Positions 1-11,738 of a stretch of 64,000 nt of DNA are shown in pieces. Source of the stretch: Coniocarpon cinnabarinum (Eukaryota); contig JAVECO010000052.1 of assembly GCA_051942205.1 (NCBI GenBank), positions 1 through 64,000 on the forward strand. The letters are read 5' to 3'. The notes beneath the pieces were generated by a model. That model ran no database searches, was not told the DNA's origin, and saw only the letters and a program-made list of their open reading frames with translations. Made by a program: the position numbers and the translations under genes. Every line of letters begins with the position of its first letter. Positions within the stretch are counted from its first letter, which is position 1.

Positions 1-2402
1 ACCTCCCTCATAGCCCCCTCTCCACCTTCACTCATCCACGCGTAATTCTGCCTTAGAACATCACTCACGCACCTCCATGGATCTCGTCCGCCGCCCCAAC
101 GCAACACACATTCCTTGTATCGCTCCCCCGCTTCACGCTCCACCGCTCTACCCTCTGCCCCAGCGTTAAATACATCTTCCCACACCTTGCCCGCAATCGC
201 CCGATCAAACAAATAACTATAATACACAGCCCCATACTGATACAAATGCCCAAAGAAACCATGCCAACTGGTCCCACGCGGTTCCGGAATCGAAGCGAAA
301 ATCGGATCATTGTACACAGCGTGGTAAACATCTGTAGACGACCAGTCCCGAGATGCTGTATCTAATGGCGGCACGTTTCTAGAATGTAATGCCTGATCCA
401 ACGCCGCGAGCTGAATCTGCGCCTCTGTCTCGAAATTTCCGCGGAGTCTCCGCTGCCGCTCAAGCTCTTGACCCACGAGTGTGGCATCGAGTAGTTTATC
501 CGTTTCCCAGTGTCGTGCGTAGAGGTTTAGCACACTGGGATCGACGGCGAAATGCTCCATGAGTATTGATGGCAATTCAGCGAAGTCCGTGGCGCATCGC
601 GTGCCTGCTACGTTTTGGAGAGACGTCCGACCGAGGATGGAATGCAAACAGTGGCCCATTTCATGGAAAAGCGTGGTAAAATGGCGGAATGAGAGAAGGG
701 TTGGGGTTTTGGAATTAGGTAATGGACGTGGGAAGTCGCAAATGAAGCCAATGGTGGGGAGCTGTTTGAGGGTGTTTGTGGATGGGTCCACGTTGAGTGC
801 CATGCCGTCGTTGAGCGCGTGAGAAAGATCTTCAAGGGATGGATTGGAAGGCAACATGCCAGCGGCTGTGGCTTCATTGATTTCAGGAGAGGAAATCTCG
901 CGAGAGCAGCGCAGCGTGAAGTGTGCTGGGTTCGGCGACTTGTTCGGGCGCTCGAAGAGGTCGCAGTAGATGACGGCGACGTGGCCATCGCGCTCGTCGA
1001 TCACATCTAAACGGCGGACGTCATGATTCCAGGTCTCGCCGTCGACGGGCTCGCGAGGAACGAGGCGGACGCCGTATAAGCGAGAGAAAAGTCTTGAGAG
1101 GCCTTGCATGACCGTGCCGAGGGAGAAGTAAGAGGAGAGAGTGTCAGACGGGCGATTCTGGGGAAAGATGCGTGAGCGAAGGCGATTGGCGTAGTAGTCG
1201 CGATCCCAAGCGTTGATCTCATTGGGGAAGTTATGGTGATGTGCGTCGGACCTCTTAAGCTCGAGGAGCTCAGAAAGATCGGACCGGGTGCAGTTCAAGT
1301 TGTTGGCGGCCATGGCGTGGAGGAAGCTGTTGGCGGCTTCTGGAGTTTTAGACATTTTGTCGCCTAGGCTCATATGTGCGAAGGACTCGTGGCCAGACAG
1401 CTTCGCCAGTTCTGCGCGAGCCTCGACTAATCTCTCAACCATGCCGACAGTAGATCTCGAGGCAGTGCGCATGGCCATGTAGACGTCGCGCCGCACCTCA
1501 GGGTCTTCAACAGTAGCCAGTGCCAATCGCGCGTCCGAACCAAAGGTGGGTAATGTCGTGGTGCCCCAGCTTGTATGCCTCTTCACCGCCACCGGATCCA
1601 TCCCTTTGAGCCTGCTACTGGGTAATTTCACGCTCACCTGCTCCGGCTCCATCGTCTCATTAAGCTCGCTACCAATCTCCACAATATCGTTCGACAGTTG
1701 AATGAAACGCTCGCGGTTCTTCTCGGGCCCAGATATAGCAGACTGCTGGAAATCCTTCAACAAGATCCGCGCAGTGACCTTTTCTTCTTCACTCCACTGG
1801 CTGGTCACCTCCGGCATCGACATCGCCTGTTCCAACTGCGTATGCAGTCCCGGCGTTGTGTTCAGAACATTCATATATTCATACATCCGGCCGTGCGCGA
1901 AGCTCGCGGCATGCTGGATCTGCGCATTGGGATGCACGTTCCGAACAAATTCAACAAGATCAATGACCCGGCAAAGCTGATCACTGAGCCTGTCCAGATG
2001 CTTGACGATGCGTCGATACTCCTCCGTCGTCTGCGCAGTAAGTATCGTGTCAACAATCCTCTGACACTTCTTGAGACCATCTCGAGCGTAGTCTTGAAAG
2101 CCTTGCGGATCCGTCAAGTATTTGTTCTGTAACAGTCCGCTTCGCTTTCCGGACACTTGTCGCGATGCATTCGTTGAGAATTGCTTCCAGAAATCAGATG
2201 AATCGAAGACACGGCGGAGGGTGTCGTCATCTGCATTCGTTCCAGGCGTGACATGAGAGGTGATATGTTGCTGCTCGACGGCCTGCGCCGGAGCAGCGGC
2301 ACTCTGGCGAAGATAGCCACGAGTTCGACGAAGTTGCTGTCGTTGCTGATTTTGAAGGCATTGTGCGCATATCCATGGGCGCTGTGTCCATCTCTTAAGC
2401 AT
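1..2402 (-). CDS. OCT1: Mitochondrial intermediate peptidase (peptidase M3A), 3' end runs off the window
   Basis: Manual translation from ATG 2402 gives MLKRWTQRPWICAQCL...DDTLRRVFDS. The zinc motif TLFHEMGHCLHSILGRT...GTRCATDFAELPSILMEHFA (~570-670) is in the same frame, and the C-terminal VLRWGGGRDPW lies near base 100. Missing from the ORF track because no stop falls inside the window. Confidence 0.95.
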   Translation of the reverse strand, partial: MLKRWTQRPWICAQCLQNQQRQQLRRTRGYLRQSAAAPAQAVEQQHITSHVTPGTNADDDTLRRVFDSSDFWKQFSTNASRQVSGKRSGLLQNKYLTDPQGFQDYARDGLKKCQRIVDTILTAQTTEEYRRIVKHLDRLSDQLCRVIDLVEFVRNVHPNAQIQHAASFAHGRMYEYMNVLNTTPGLHTQLEQAMSMPEVTSQWSEEEKVTARILLKDFQQSAISGPEKNRERFIQLSNDIVEIGSELNETMEPEQVSVKLPSSRLKGMDPVAVKRHTSWGTTTLPTFGSDARLALATVEDPEVRRDVYMAMRTASRSTVGMVERLVEARAELAKLSGHESFAHMSLGDKMSKTPEAANSFLHAMAANNLNCTRSDLSELLELKRSDAHHHNFPNEINAWDRDYYANRLRSRIFPQNRPSDTLSSYFSLGTVMQGLSRLFSRLYGVRLVPREPVDGETWNHDVRRLDVIDERDGHVAVIYCDLFERPNKSPNPAHFTLRCSREISSPEINEATAAGMLPSNPSLEDLSHALNDGMALNVDPSTNTLKQLPTIGFICDFPRPLPNSKTPTLLSFRHFTTLFHEMGHCLHSILGRTSLQNVAGTRCATDFAELPSILMEHFAVDPSVLNLYARHWETDKLLDATLVGQELERQRRLRGNFETEAQIQLAALDQALHSRNVPPLDTASRDWSSTDVYHAVYNDPIFASIPEPRGTSWHGFFGHLYQYGAVYYSYLFDRAIAGKVWEDVFNAGAEGRAVEREAGERYKECVLRWGGGRDPWRCVSDVLRQNYAWMSEGGEGAMRE

Positions 2403-2564
2403 ACTCTTGCTATAAAATAACTGGCCGCAGTCTCCAGAAGAATAAGTACTTTGTCGCGCAGCAAAAGCTCGCGCTTAACCTTTTCGGTGCAGCTCCGAGC
2501 TATCGCTTCCGACTTCGAGAATTGCTCGCTCAAAGCCATTGAACCCAGTAAAGATACCTCAGCC

Positions 2565-3435
2565 ATGCATTTTAGAGCAGCGCCCCGCCTGGTAAGCACT
2601 CTCAACTGACAAATTTCGCCTCAATGCTAACTTCGATTAGCGGGTGCTCGCGCCCGTCGCAGCCGGTGCCCTCTCCTCGACCCTTCTCCTCCGCCCTCAT
2701 CCAGCCCACGCAGAAGAACCCTCAGATTCCTCCGTGCGTTTGCCTCCAACCCACTATAACTCCCTCAATACTGACCGGCAACAGCGAAGAACCCGCAAAC
2801 CAATTTACGACGACCCTCATCCTCCACCACGAACCACCCACCCTTCCCCTCCTGAACCCAAAACACCACCAACCGATGATTCCATCTCCCCTCCTTCAGA
2901 ACCAGAAGTCCCCCACGGTCCCACACCCACAGACCGCCTGACCGTCCAAATCCGTCACGCCCGCCTCGCACTATATAACCACGCCCTTACCGCTGAAAAA
3001 TCCTTAAATCAATTCATGAAATCAGCCTTCGCGTTAGAGCGCGACTTCACGCAGACAGTCGCCTCCCTTGCCCCGCCCGAAACCTCGAACGAAAACGTCG
3101 TACCAGGCGTCATTTACATCCTCGTCGCCACACTCGCCGGCAGCATCGTCACCCGCTCCCGAGGCATCGTGTTAAGAACAACTGTCCCAATCGCATTCGG
3201 GACGACGGCGGCGTACGCGGCGCTGCCTGTGACAATGGGAAATGTTGAATCGCTGTACAGACGGTATGAGAGTCGGTATCCAGAAGTTCAAAGGATGCAT
3301 CGACGAATGAATGAGCAAGCTTTATATGTATTTGAGACGGGGAAGGCGCATTCGGCCATGACTATTAGCCGGGGAGAGGAGTTTTTGGGGGAGGCTCGGA
3401 GGAAGATGGAGGAGTGGGTGAGGCAGGGGAAATAG
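2565..3435 (+). CDS. MICOS subunit Mic26/Mic27 (apolipoprotein O family)
   Basis: ATG 2565, intron 2592-2640 (GTAAGC...CTAAC...TAG) and probably a second short intron. Motifs RKPIYDD, PTPTDRL, VASLAPP and IYILVATLAGSIVTRSRGIVLR...P.T match fungal ApoO/MICOS proteins. Confidence 0.85.
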
Positions 3436-4052
3436 ATCGCCTCTGATAGGAAGGAAAATCCGCAACTTGGTCCAGGTGGTCTTCTGATTGACATGGGTGC
3501 TGCTGATTGAATGGGAGGAAGTGTAAGAAGTCTGACGGAATCATGGGCATACACAAACGCATAAGGATCCTAGACAAGTGCTCTCCAGGCTCTGTGCCGA
3601 CAACCCTCGTTCAGTCCTCTCTCTCTTTCGCGCGAAGGTTGCCGAAATCGTGTAGCTGTAAAGTCACTTCGTCTCCTGCAAGTATGCTCCATCCAAATTC
3701 GATACTCGTCCAGGAGCGGCTGTATGAGAGCATAGCGATGCAGGCGTAGGTATACTAAGAATCACTCATGAGTGCTGCACTTTTAGTAACGCATACAAAG
3801 ATCTTGTCTCGGGAGGTGCTGAGAATTGCCAGCACGCGTGGGCGTGGCTCAACAGCCAGCTTCGTCTCTTATTTGCTTTTAACAAACGTATGATATTATG
3901 AAGATTGAGAACTGGCCTTACTTCACTACGCATAGAAGAGGAGACGATGTGCTATCACCTGGCAGGGCGGGGCGAGAGAAGGAAATGAGAGGCGATACAC
4001 TGCATTGTATCACCGCTACAAGAGATTCCAACAAAATCAAGTTCAATCTTCA

Positions 4053-5844
4053 TCAGTCATCCAGAACGCTCGAATCTCCCGCCGCATTGCCCTCATCCCG
4101 TGCGTGTTTGTGGTGTCCTCCGACTACCGTCGCCAACTTCGCGCCCTCTGCCCTTCCTCTTTCAACGTTCACCCCCACCAATATAAAACCCGGTAAAACG
4201 ATCAAGACTGTCAAAAACAAAAAGCTCGGTCTGATATCACCAAAGCGATCCGTAATGGCGCCCACAACCGCAGGGCCGAGCACCGAGCTGCCCTTATCTG
4301 TAACAGCGTAGAGGGCGTAGAAAGCAGCCTCGCTGCCAGGCGGAATAAGAAGGCCGTAGGTACTCCTGCAGTAACTGGACAGCCCACCGAGAATCAACCC
4401 GTAGACTAGAGCAACCGGATACATTTCCCAAGGGTTCTTGAGACCAAGCGGGAAGGACTCGATAAAGCCGAGGAGGGCGTAGATGGGGATGGTGGCGAAG
4501 AGGGCAAGACACGTGAGGATAGTTTGCATGGGACTCAAGTGGAAGCGACGCTCGACGATTCGCCACGCAAAGGCGCCGCCGACGCCAGAGAGCATGACGA
4601 CGACGTTGATGAGAGCCAGTGCCGTGGGCTTCATCCGCAGTGTCGTCTTGGCGAAGAGCACGGCGGTGCCAGAGACGGTGGCCATGGCGTCGGAGAGGAG
4701 GAACCATGCTCCGAGAAAAAGTAGCACATCCTTGAGTTGACGCGCACGAGCGATGGTCTTGCCCAGTGATTTCCAGGAATGAGCAATGTACGCGGACCAG
4801 ATTCGCAAGTGACTGACGTTCTTCGTAGCGAGAACAAGGGGCGGACCGGGACGATCACGGAGCCAAAGAGCGGTCGGGACGGTGAAGGCGAACCACCAGG
4901 CGCCAATGAAGAAGAGGACGAGACGGAGAGAGAAGAGACTGCCGTGCAGGGAGGCGACGAGGAGCATGGCGAGGATCTGAACGGCGAAAGCGGCAATGTA
5001 GCCGATGCCCACGCCGTTGGCGGACATGCGAGAAGTGAGGACAGTCACTTTGGCGGGGTCCTCGTGAGATAAAGAGTCCTCGTCATCGTCGTCAGCTTCG
5101 TTAGCGTCTTGGTCGCCCAGAAGTGCGGAGGACGATGAATCAAGCAGATCGATATGATTCGCATCGCCCTCTGCATTGGCGTCGCCAGAGGGGTGGGTGC
5201 GGATGATTTTGGGGGTCGGTTTGCGCTGGGCATCGGGATGATGTCTGACAAGCAGAGGAAGGAATGAGTTTAGTAATACAAATGAGGCGCCGAAGCACAT
5301 GTTGGAAATGATTGCTGACAATGCGCCTAGACCGAAGACGCTCGCGTTGACGGGTAAGAATGCCATGGTGAAAATAGCGCCAACAAAAGCAAAGGTAAGT
5401 AACAGGACTTTGCGGTAGTGGCCGTGGTCCGCGGCGCCTGACATGGAGATGATGAGAAGCGCCTGGAGCAATACACTGACTGAAAAAGTGTACATGGCAA
5501 AGGAGGCGGTGTTGACCTCGATACCAAGGACGGACACCACGCATTGCACATTTGGTCCTTTTTCAGTAATGGTCACATCGTTGCAGGGTGTTTTGTGATC
5601 TGTGAGAAGCACACCACGCTCGCGGGCCAGCTGCTCAAGCGTGATTGGAATGAATGACCCTACAATCGATGAGCAATGACGCCACAGCAAGGGGAAGGCT
5701 CTTGTGGCTTGTGTGCACCACGCAAAGATACTCACCTACACCACACACCACAAACACTTCTGCGGCAAAGCCATAGGCATACCAACCCCACAACTCCTTG
5801 GTATGGGTCGGGCTGGTGTCTTCCTCGGCATAGTGAGACTTCAT
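4053..5844 (-). CDS. ATG22: Autophagy-related vacuolar amino-acid effluxer Atg22 (MFS)
   Basis: Exon 1 reads [37 protein letters not shown]. An intron (~5660-5735) is followed by [15 protein letters not shown]...[22 protein letters not shown], typical Atg22 signatures with many TM segments. Confidence 0.92.
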
Positions 5845-6138
5845 GCTCACGGGCAGCCGATGGAAGCTCACATATCGCAACGGGGATGGACGAGACGAAG
5901 TGATGAGCGTGGATGGGATGGGATAGGATAGGATACAGGTGGCTTGAAGTCAGGCGTGAGAGAGGCCAAGGCACCAACGGAGCAGGGGCTGCGCCGGCCT
6001 TAGGTTGCGGGCGGGAAGAAGGCTAAGAAGCCCGCCCAGAGTGTCACGTTGGAACGCGGGGAGGACATTCGCGCCTGCCCTAGTCACGCGCTTGCCTTAC
6101 TGGGGGCCCCACCGCTGTCCACCAATCACGCCTCGTTC

Positions 6139-6170
6139 TGACTGGGGCGGTCATTGACTGGGGCGGTCAT
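6139..6170. repeat. Exact tandem duplication of the 16-mer TGACTGGGGCGGTCAT
   Basis: Two adjacent identical copies at 6139-6154 and 6155-6170 in the ATG22/MED14 intergenic region. Confidence 0.85.
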
Positions 6171-7680
6171 GGAGCATATTGTGGCCATACTATCCCCCAG
6201 TAGCTGGACTGTCAGACATCCTCATCTGATCATCACTTAGTGCTGTTCTGCTCCTCGTTTGTTCAATTTTGCTGTGTGTGAGCCTGGGTTTGTGGCACGA
6301 TGGGCTTCAGGCGTAGTTACTGTGGCAGGGTATTCACAAGGTCAAAATCTCAAACTGAAGTTTGAACCGCTGCTCGCTACGTTTCACAGCTCTGGGTTCA
6401 ACAGAGGCGCGACTCAAAGACTGTGATCGGAGCGCCACAGGAATAGAAACAGATGTGGCGATCGGCATTGGCGAAGATGAAACGTCAGGGACTCGAGGCA
6501 TCGATCAAGAAGGATCAGCAGCATGGAGCGGGAAGAGGGATACTAAAAACCCACGTGGACGCTGGGCCGCCCGGCTGAATCTGGTAGCTTTTCTGGTTCG
6601 GCAGATGGGGACGCATGTGCGTGCTTGGATGGCGATCACCACGCAAACCCCGTTGCAAGACGATGCGGCCTGACATTGTCGATGGATCGTTGGATGTTTG
6701 TGAACAGGATCAAACAATGGAAGTGTGACAATCTCAAGGCTGTAAGGAAGACGGGGGTGATAACGCACCAAGCCTGCAGCAATCGCGCTGGCCGCTTTCC
6801 AGGTTGTGTGTGGGCGGGTGGATGGCCCGAGCGTCACACCCGCTGCCAGACCTCCACTCCCTCGCTCTTGTTCATTTCCTCTCTCTGGGCGCCGCTTTTC
6901 GTGGATAGGTGGCTGGGTCGTGTATATTGTAATGGCATGCTAATTCGCATAAGCCATTCACGGCACAATTGAGTGCAACTTGCGCTTTCCAAGCAAACAA
7001 ACAAACAAGAACACCACTCAGCAAGCAGTGTGGCAGCATGTCGCGTTAATGGAGCGCCCAAGCCCGTCAGCGCGGCTATTCCGGGACTAGCGCCCTCGGC
7101 TAGCGCGAAGATCACCTGCACCGGCATTCTGTCGTTGGAGTTTGACCCTCGTCCGCTTTGCTTTCTCTCTGCCCTGCGTCACCCTCCTACCACGCCCATT
7201 CGCTTTCCAATTCCTCGTCAGCACCCACACCACGCCTCACACGCACCGACGCTCCTCTCCGGTCGCGCTCCTCGACTCTCTCCACCATTCCGAGGTCGCC
7301 CCGGGCGCAATTGCCCAACGCTTCAGCCACCGCCCTTCGAAATCACACATTCCCCCAGCCTTTCACCCGCATCTGCAGATTGAAACAAGCGTCGGACCTT
7401 TCCCCATACGCCCGTACTCCTCGAGCGTCTTGCGAGCGATTGCGCTCTTCGCCCCGGATAACAATTATCAGCGCGCCGAACCTGTCGAGCTACTGGTTGG
7501 CCGTGGAATCGTCACACGAGCGCGTCGTCATTTCCTCAATTTTGAGACACCTCATTTCATGACGCATCCACAATTGTCGCGATCGACTCCACAATATCCT
7601 CGCAACAGCCTGGCGCGCGGGGTGGTGGGGACGAGGGGAGCGGGGTTCAGGAGCCGCTGGGGCAAGGAAGTGAAAGGTCT

Positions 7681-10600
7681 ATGGCAGAACCGAGAAGCAA
7701 GCACGAGCACCTCCCGTCGCCTCTCAAGAGCAAAGGACCAGTGGAATCTACTGCCGTCTATGATCATGCCACCAATTCTGCAGGAACGATGGATGTGGCG
7801 ACCCAGAATACAAACGCCAATTCGGTTCATGGCCCGGATCAACCAAACGGCGTGCTCTCGGACGAGCACCACAAACTCTCCGCAACTGTTGCTTCTCCGA
7901 TGAAAGAACTTCCACCGGAGCTTGAACATGTCACACAAGGCTTCCAGCCTCTGTCCAAGCTATTTGGTCGGGTCTCGCAGGAGTGTTTCAACAGTCTCAA
8001 TGACGTTATTACGGAACTTTCTGGCCTTGACGATCCCCCTCAGGTCAATGGCACGGCTCCAAATGCTGATGCCAGTGCAACACCAGAGGCGAGCATCACC
8101 AGGAGATTACGATGGCTGGATTGGGCCCAAACCCAGCGCCAGAAGTTCATGCAGCTCCTCGTCATCTTGCAGTGGGGTCGGCGAGCGCCAGAGGTCAGCC
8201 GGCTGATTGACATCAACTGGTGGATCAGCACGCAGGAAATGGCTATCGCGAGGGCGTGGGAGGACTTTGGCATGGTGAAGCGCGGAGCGTCAAGCACCAT
8301 TGTCCCTGGTCCAGACATCTCGACAGCTCTCAACTTACTCCGTGGCCAAGCCCAGTCGCAATTGTCAAGTTTTGACTACATTACATCTGAGCCCCTGCCA
8401 GCTTCGAAAGTGCTCGACACGATTCGCAACCTCAATGTGCTGCTTCATGTTCGCCTCAATCTTCACGAAGATCTACCAAAATTTCTCCGAAATCACGAGA
8501 TCCACGATGGCCGAGTGACATTCAAGGTGCCGAATGAGTTCGAGGTTGATCTTATTATAGCAGATGAGGAACCCACATCACAGTTTTGGTTTGTCGACTT
8601 GCGGCTGTTACTTTCTACGCTGCCTGAGCTTCCTTCTGGAAACCTTACCGCCGCGATCGAGCAGCGTGTCAACTCGGCGTTGTCTACTCATGGCCTCGTT
8701 GGATGTTTTGAGGTACTACATGAGTTTTGCTTGACTCTGAAAATCAGCATCTTGCGCCAGCAGGCCATTGACTTGAGCAGGGGAGCCTGGGCCGGCTTCC
8801 TCAAAATTGACCAGTTCAACCGTTCCTTGGTCATCCAGTATTGGTCAGATCGACCAGGTAAGAAGAATTGGATACAACTGGGAGTCATGCGTGGCAAACC
8901 ACCGAAATCGCAGAAGGATGCCACATATTGGCCTGCACAGCTGAACCTCAAGTGGATAAGGAATGGCAAGGAGACGCCGCTGCCAGGTGTGTCTGATCTC
9001 AGCACTATCACACTAGAGCAGCTTCTGAAGCGCGTCCTCGCACACCACGTGTTTTTAACACTCCTGGGTATCAAGCAGGCTCTAGAGCCAACACTCAAAG
9101 CAGCAAACTCACGCATTTCACTTAAGATGACTAAATCTGATACTGAGCCATCAGAATGCACGCTGCAATTAAGCTCAGGCTCGCGCGGTACATCATCTCT
9201 TCTAGTCGAGCCGATCAGCGGCAAATATGTACTGCAGCCTGCGACACTAGTTGCCACCAGATTCCAGGATGAGTTGAATGGCTTAGCAACGTCTCCTGCC
9301 CAAGCAGCTCTCACGATCGAGCGGTGGCTTGCCAATGAGGCTCTAAGCAAGGTTTGCCGTGACGCGCAACATGCTGGCTTTGCAATCGAAGAGCCTCCAG
9401 GAATGTATCGGGAGTCGGTGAGAAAGTCATTTGGAGCAGACGCCATCGAGGTCAGATTCTTACGAAGACCCCGCTGGAGAACATCTAACTGGCACCTCGC
9501 GTTTGTTGCGGCTCGAAACTCCCTTTCCGCTTGGGTCGTGCGGCTCACTGGACAGAATCGTACACTGCAGGTCGAAGAGAGGTACACGCTCGATAGCATC
9601 GACCTTGAACATGCTCCCGACTCTGGCCCAGCCTGGGCTGTCGCTCTTCTCGAGCGCGTCTCAGTTGCAAGGATCACTCGTGAAGCTTTACAGAGGCGAT
9701 TGAAACTGTCCAACGTCGAGCCTGTTTTCCAAAGTCCTAAGAACACGACAAAGCAAAATCTGTCTCGATTGGTTTTCGACAGCAGGCCGCTCCTCGAAAA
9801 GCCAGGCTCGAGGATAAGCAGTGCTACGTCTGTACTACACGATACCCGCATTGCCCTGATACTTTGTGGATTCCGCTCGTCGCCTGCCTCTCCTCACGCA
9901 CTCACATTTACCGCCAGAGGTCGAGTCAAACCGGCAATCGCTCGTTCCGGAGCATTGGCGAGCATTGAAGACGGCCTCTTCGCCTTTTCGCCTGGCGGTC
10001 GCTTCTCATTTACCATCTCAGCAGACCTCGGCAGCTCCTCGCCGATTGACGCTGTCATATCTCGCATCACTTCGCTCCACTACCTAGGCAGTGCGCTAGG
10101 AAGCCTTCATCTCTGTAAACTCCCTTGCCAGTCCGCACGTCTCAATGCTCTTGTCTTTCTATACGCCGGCGACCATACACTGGCCAAGGTCTCTTTCTTA
10201 CAACATGGTGTCCTGCAATTAGACGACCTCCAACCGGCGCCTGATCACTCGTTCCTCATTCAGCGTCGTTTGAACAGCGATCTTTCGCGCATCGCTGATC
10301 CCACGCGCGGCTTCCGTGTCCTTCTCCGTGCAATACAATTCCTCACCCCCTTCCTCCGAGCCTTGGCTTCTCTTATCGCATCTGACCCCGCATCCGCGCG
10401 GATACGGGTCTTCGCACATTCCTTGTACAATTTCACCTTACATTATGTCCAGCTAAACACGCACATTCGTCTCAACGGCGTGTCCCATCGCGGCGAAGCA
10501 TGCTGGACGCTCGAATTCGGCGCCGAGCCCCAACGCAGCGCGGACCTCAATCAAAGCCGAAAATTCATTGATGGATTCAGAACCTTACATAGAGAAGGGG

Positions 10601-10953
10601 GAGAAGGCTGGGGCAGTTGTGGAAATGGACTCGTGGTGCAGCCTGATGCTGTCGAAGCGTTGTTGGCTAAGATTGATGAGAAAGCTGTGGAAGCTGTGGG
10701 CGAGAAGAAAGAGCCAAAGAGTGATGCGAAAGGGCCTGATACGGGCAAGGCGAAGGAAGTTTCGAATTCCAAGGCCGCGTCGCAGGGAACGCAGGGGAAT
10801 CGAACACAACCAGGGAAGCCTGCACCGGCCGCTGGCAAGAACACAACCTCGAAGCCGGGTCCGAATCACAAGCAGCAACAGGCGCAGCAAGGTGGGAGTC
10901 AAGCGGCTGCTCAAGGTGGAAGTCAGCGCCCTGACGTCGTGGTTATAGATTAG
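7681..10953 (+). CDS. MED14: Mediator complex subunit Med14 (Rgr1)
   Basis: 1090-aa ORF with ELPPELEHVTQGFQPLSKL, RQKFMQLLVILQW, PDISTALNLL, LHVRLNLHE and IHDGRVTFKVPNEFEVDL...QFWFVD, which are Med14 N-terminal domain motifs. Confidence 0.93.
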   Translation: MAEPRSKHEHLPSPLKSKGPVESTAVYDHATNSAGTMDVATQNTNANSVHGPDQPNGVLSDEHHKLSATVASPMKELPPELEHVTQGFQPLSKLFGRVSQECFNSLNDVITELSGLDDPPQVNGTAPNADASATPEASITRRLRWLDWAQTQRQKFMQLLVILQWGRRAPEVSRLIDINWWISTQEMAIARAWEDFGMVKRGASSTIVPGPDISTALNLLRGQAQSQLSSFDYITSEPLPASKVLDTIRNLNVLLHVRLNLHEDLPKFLRNHEIHDGRVTFKVPNEFEVDLIIADEEPTSQFWFVDLRLLLSTLPELPSGNLTAAIEQRVNSALSTHGLVGCFEVLHEFCLTLKISILRQQAIDLSRGAWAGFLKIDQFNRSLVIQYWSDRPGKKNWIQLGVMRGKPPKSQKDATYWPAQLNLKWIRNGKETPLPGVSDLSTITLEQLLKRVLAHHVFLTLLGIKQALEPTLKAANSRISLKMTKSDTEPSECTLQLSSGSRGTSSLLVEPISGKYVLQPATLVATRFQDELNGLATSPAQAALTIERWLANEALSKVCRDAQHAGFAIEEPPGMYRESVRKSFGADAIEVRFLRRPRWRTSNWHLAFVAARNSLSAWVVRLTGQNRTLQVEERYTLDSIDLEHAPDSGPAWAVALLERVSVARITREALQRRLKLSNVEPVFQSPKNTTKQNLSRLVFDSRPLLEKPGSRISSATSVLHDTRIALILCGFRSSPASPHALTFTARGRVKPAIARSGALASIEDGLFAFSPGGRFSFTISADLGSSSPIDAVISRITSLHYLGSALGSLHLCKLPCQSARLNALVFLYAGDHTLAKVSFLQHGVLQLDDLQPAPDHSFLIQRRLNSDLSRIADPTRGFRVLLRAIQFLTPFLRALASLIASDPASARIRVFAHSLYNFTLHYVQLNTHIRLNGVSHRGEACWTLEFGAEPQRSADLNQSRKFIDGFRTLHREGGEGWGSCGNGLVVQPDAVEALLAKIDEKAVEAVGEKKEPKSDAKGPDTGKAKEVSNSKAASQGTQGNRTQPGKPAPAAGKNTTSKPGPNHKQQQAQQGGSQAAAQGGSQRPDVVVID

Positions 10954-11738
10954 TCGTGTCTTTCAGGCGTACTGGGGTTCATCTATTACGTGGATGGAAC
11001 GGTGTCTCTTCAGCGAGGCGTTTCGACATTTTGTGGTCGGCTTGGGAACGGGAACGGGAACGGGAAAGAGAACGGATCCCTTCTAACGACATGATACCAT
11101 GGGTAGGCACGGTCGTGATTCCAGCAGGCAGCCTGGGGCTCGCTATGTATAACATATACAATATCAGAAGAAAACGCGTCGTACTTCATCTGTTGTGTCC
11201 TTCCGATACTGTTGCGTACGCTTTACTATTTATTCCCTTGCAAGACAAGCGAGGCCTGCATCTTTAAGACGGATGTTATACACGTTCTTGAACACACGTG
11301 AGACTGAGTCACGCCTGATACGCATATCTGGCAGATCGACCGCTATCGCCCGCTATCTCAATCCCTGCAGGATCCCTGTTCCGAGCTGTGCTTCCCCAGA
11401 GATAGCTCCCTGCTGAGGAGCGAAGCCAGACTACTATCCCGATTGGGCAGGCCAAGCATCGTGGTTGCATTCTGGACGTCATGCGCGCTTCGTGCAGTTG
11501 GAGCTTCGTGAAGTGACGTCGCGTGCTTTTGGTCGTGTGCACTTTCGTGGTGCTGTGCTGGACATGTCTAGCAAAAGAGTGGGAAGGTGTGTGGAGGTGA
11601 TGTCACTTTGATAATGGGTATTGCATTTGTGTTGATATGGTAGCTTGATTCTCGTGGATATGTAGATACCAAAAGTGAGGAATGTAAGACTCGATATCCC
11701 ACACCATCTTCTTCTTCGCTTAAGAAAACAACAGCAAG

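Noticed and set aside
7142..7903. 253-aa ORF overlapping the MED14 start
   Set aside because: Non-ATG start, out of frame with MED14 and composition typical of promoter or 5' UTR sequence.
8688..9851. 387-aa minus-strand ORF
   Set aside because: Lies wholly antisense to MED14 and has no protein-like motifs; a shadow ORF.
11044..11075. (GGGAAC)n short repeat after MED14, and GGGAT/GGATA repeats at about 5910-5935
   Set aside because: Simple UTR microsatellites, neither telomeric nor CRISPR-like.
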